DNA from: Chrysomallon squamiferum
Lineage: Eukaryota; Animalia; Mollusca
Assembly: GCA_012295275.1 (NCBI GenBank)
Contig: CM022673.1
Coordinates: forward strand, 11,036,001 to 11,100,000
Direction of reading: 5' to 3'
Length of the DNA: 64,000 nt
Positions within the stretch are counted from its first letter, which is position 1. Every line of letters starts with the position of its first letter. Shown in pieces: positions 60,065-64,000 of this stretch. A model generated the notes under the pieces. That model did no database searches and was not told the origin of the DNA. It saw nothing but the letters and a program-made list of their open reading frames with translations. Position numbers and translations under genes: made by a program.

Positions 60065-62477
60065 ATGGCCGAAGCAAGCACGCTTCCATGGCCAAATATT
60101 AGAGAAGACTATGAATTACTCGAAGTTATAGGTAAATATTTGTTTCATAAACATTTTATTTGTTAAGACTATTTTATGGCATATCTGTCTTATATAAATG
60201 TTATTATCAACCAACAGCCAAAATCGATTGTCTAATGATATAGAATTGACATGTAATAGGTCAAGGTCACTAAAGCATTAATAATACAGAGAAAACTACA
60301 ATACCTAAGCTTGATTATTTCAATATTTCGTAATTCCTTCGCAAGAATTTATGGAATTAGCGACCTATATTCAAAACAATTGAAAAACAAATAAAATACA
60401 TATGTTAAGGTTATTTTATAATTTGAAAAAAAAAAAAAAAAAAAAAAAAATATAAAAAAAAAAAAAAAACGAGAGAGAAGTATATAAACTGAATAATTTA
60501 TATTTATAATCGATATTAAATAATCAGTTAATGGCAATGTACTATTGAATAATTTATAAAATAATATTTGAAATAAAAAATAAAAATACAAAAATAACAT
60601 GAATGATTTTTTTTTTCTACCAATTTATAATAATGATTCACTGATTGTATTAAGAAGAATGTTGTTTGTGCATGTTTCACTAATTGTGTGATACTGATAG
60701 GATTATTCAGAATACTAAATTACTAAATTTTGATATTTGTGACTCAGCTTTTAAATTATTTTTATTTTTACAATCTGTATATTGCTCAAGTGTAACTGAT
60801 GTAAATTATAATTCATAGTTATGAACTTACAACTATAAAATATTAGAAATGCAAAGACAAAAGTATTTAAATGGTAGCTGTAAGATGAAATGATTATTTT
60901 AGTATATAACCAGATGTTAAATGACATTTAAAAAAAGAAAAAATGACCTTCAAGATTGATTCACATTGCAGGTGCAGGGGCAACAGCTGTTGTCCAAGCT
61001 GCTTACTGTAAGCCAAGGAAGGAGAGGGTTGCAATAAAACGAATTAACTTAGAAAAATGCAATACAACTGTAGAGGAACTTTTGGTAAATATATATTGGA
61101 ATTTAAAATATAAAAAAAGAAAGAAGTACAAAATACTAAATGCAAAACAATTAAACACAAGTAAAAAATATATATATATTTACAGTGAAAGCTGTGTTAT
61201 TTTGGAATGCCAGTGTAGGGATGACCATAGTAATTATTTAAAAAAATTCTTTAGTCTGTGAATTCTTGTCTATTTAATAAAGTGTTAGTTTATGTCATTA
61301 TAAACAAACAGACTTGTTAAATAAAATTAAAATATTTTATGTCATGTCATTAGACACACTGTTACTGTTACAGTTTGATAAATACTCCATTTTGTCTTTC
61401 ATGTGACTCCAGCAGTGATTTTATTTTCAGTTTAAAACAGTTGAAATAACTTTATTTGTTTATTTATTTGTCTGCTTATTTATTTATTTGTTTGTTTGTT
61501 AGTTTATTGACTGATTGATTTGTTTATTTTAAATTTCAGAAAGAGATACAGGCAATGAGTCAGTGTAAACATGAGAATGTTGTGTGTTACTACACTTCGT
61601 TTGTTGTGAAGGAAGAACTCTGGGTGATAATGAAACTCTGTAGTGGAGGTGGGTTCTGTTATTTTGTCAACAGTTACACTAACACTGCTTGTCCATACAC
61701 CTGCAGATAATGTACTCTTTAAAGTTTAAAGAAAAGTAGTGGAACTCTAACCAGTATTTACAATTGTCTAAATAGATAGGCATGTCTGCTGTGGTTAATG
61801 ATTATATTACAATAGAGAATTAACTGGGCAGACATTACCACTGAAAGTTCAGTACTACAGTCTGTTTTATAACCACCAATAATCTTTGTGGATGTTTGTG
61901 GTCAGAAGTGAAATATGAAAGCTGACGTTTTAAAATTAAATCTTTTATCAGTAATGGGCTGGGAGGGACACTTATATGGGAGATTCAAACACAAAATATG
62001 CCTTGTTGATTGAATGAATTCTTACTGATAAAAAATGTGAATTTTCAAATTTTTAATACCTCACAATTTCAACAGTTGTAAATTCTTATTGGAGTGTCAT
62101 GCAGTTTTTTGAAGAGTAGTCTATAGACACAAAAGCTTTCATAATCAGTAGAAACGTTTTGAAATAAGGACAAGAATATTCTACTAGGGGACAGACATTT
62201 CTACAGATTTCTTTTTGAATATAGACACTAAATAAATTCACCCAAACTCACTAAAGCATTTTGTCTGGCCTCAGCAAATAACAAAAAAAAACAGTGTGTG
62301 TCAGTTTTAAGGTTTTCATGACTTCAGTTATTACTGATGACAATAAACAGTAAGTTAATGTTCCACATTAGATATAGATTTATATATGGGTTTAAAAAAT
62401 AATAATAATAATAAAAAAATAAATAATTTTATATTTTTTTTTTTTATTTTATTTTATTTTATTTTATTTAATTATTT

Positions 62478-62509
<32 letters not shown>

Positions 62510-63442
62510 GATTAAAATTAAATCAGTTTGTTAAATCAAAGTATTTAAAATTATTTTTTTTTTCATTTAGGCTCTATGCTTGACATTGTGAAGGCAAGGA
62601 TGCGTACAGGTCAGTATAAAACTGGTGTTTTAGATGAAGCCACCATAGCCACAGCTCTGAAAGAAGTTCTTAAAGGACTGGAGTATTTCCATAACAATGG
62701 ACAGATACACCGGTAAGTCAGAAAAATATTTAATTAATTATATATTTTTTTACAGATTAGTAAGTAATTTAAATATTTAAGTTAAAGATGGTCTTTTCAA
62801 AAAAAATCGACAGTAACACAAAAAAGTCAGTATACTTAATTAATTAATTTTTTTTTTTTTTAGAAATTAGTAAGTAATTTAAATATTTAGTTATAATGAT
62901 TAATATTTTCAAACAGTGGATGTATACAGAGATATATAAAGTTTACTTGATTATATTCTATATGTTGCAGATATTCTATACATATTAAAATAAACTAATG
63001 AATTCTGCTGTAAAACAGAAAAAGTTCTGATTGCAAGATGATTTTCTTTGATATTAAGTCTGTTTAAAGTAAGAACTACATATATATAACAGTTCTCACA
63101 ATTTCTCAAAATATAGTGGAATATGTTTTGCCAGTTCATGAAATATCAAAACAGATGTAAAGTTTATATGGTCCTGATGATAATATGAGGTCTAACAAAG
63201 ATTATTTTGATAATGTTAAAAGAAGTGTTTTAAAAAGCGATGGAATCTTGTATTGATTTTATATTTACATTACGTAAATTTTGATTTTAATGTTTTATTC
63301 ATTTTTCAAAAACAATGTATTTAAATTTTGCTTATAATGGAATTCTGTTTGTTTATGTTTCCTGTATTCATTATATTGTATTTCAGGGACATAAAGGCAG
63401 GCAACATTTTGCTTGGAGGTGATGGTTCCATCTACATAGCAG
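60065..63442 (+). CDS. OXSR1: OSR1/SPAK-family Ste20 kinase, first 5 exons (60065-60131, 60972-61084, 61540-61648, 62571-62712, 63387-63442); continues beyond window
   Basis: [59 protein letters not shown]; all exons join in phase. OXSR1 versus STK39 cannot be separated (invertebrates typically have one fray-like gene). Confidence 0.95.
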
Positions 63443-64000
63443 GTAAAATACAAGTTACTAATGATTTAATCATTGCAAAAATTACCAGTTCAAATACTGC
63501 CTTTTTAAAATATATCAATAGTGATATAAACAAATCTTCTATTAAATTACTTTATGTTTATGCTTTCACTCGTTATTAGATATAGTAAAATGACTGCAAA
63601 ATAAGAGTCTTTTCCATGTCTTCACCTACTGAATGATGATATCCTGAAAGCTGTGTATTCTTTATTCTATCAAAATTAAAAGAAATCCTGTAAATGAAAA
63701 TGTCCATGATTGTACAGAAATAGTGATGACTAGATGTTTCTGAATTGTTCTCTTGTTATTTAATTTCATTAACAATTAAGATTAAACTGTAAGAAAAAAA
63801 AAATATAATAAAACCCCCCAAAAACAGCAACAGAAAACCACCCACCAAAAAATCCCAGTAAACAAATAAAAAGAATTTAGAAGTATGACAGATATATTTA
63901 GACTGATTGTGTCACCAAGAGTGCATTTTAAACATACTGATACTGTTTTTATAAGTGACTCTTTTTTATGATATCTGAATGATTTCAAGATAAGTAATGT

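Overview
AT-rich, microsatellite-dense animal genomic DNA, not prokaryotic. The proteins look protostome-like and a cephalopod or other mollusc is my inference. I reconstructed three spliced genes by hand from GT-AG junctions and reading-frame phase. (1) A complete Par-3/bazooka (PARD3) gene on + strand, with 22 core coding exons from 1701 to 46505 (about 1650 aa: N-terminal CR1 domain, 3 PDZ domains, aPKC-binding motif, two 14-3-3/Par-1 sites). (2) A complete 6-coding-exon TMEM106B-like gene on - strand (58803 to 54569, 252 aa), convergent with Par-3. (3) The first 5 exons of an OSR1/SPAK (OXSR1/STK39/fray) kinase on + strand from 60065, head-to-head with TMEM106B. The most notable observations are: a pair of mutually compensating frameshifts in Par-3 exon 9 that leaves both frames open; a lone +1 frameshift in exon 20; intronic tandem repeats that copy real splice junctions (Par-3, TMEM106B, more weakly OXSR1); candidate cassette micro-exons after the aPKC site; ZEB/Snail-type E-box clusters in Par-3 intron 1; and a Tigger4/MER46-like MITE. 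Most ORFs in the supplied track are microsatellite artefacts.
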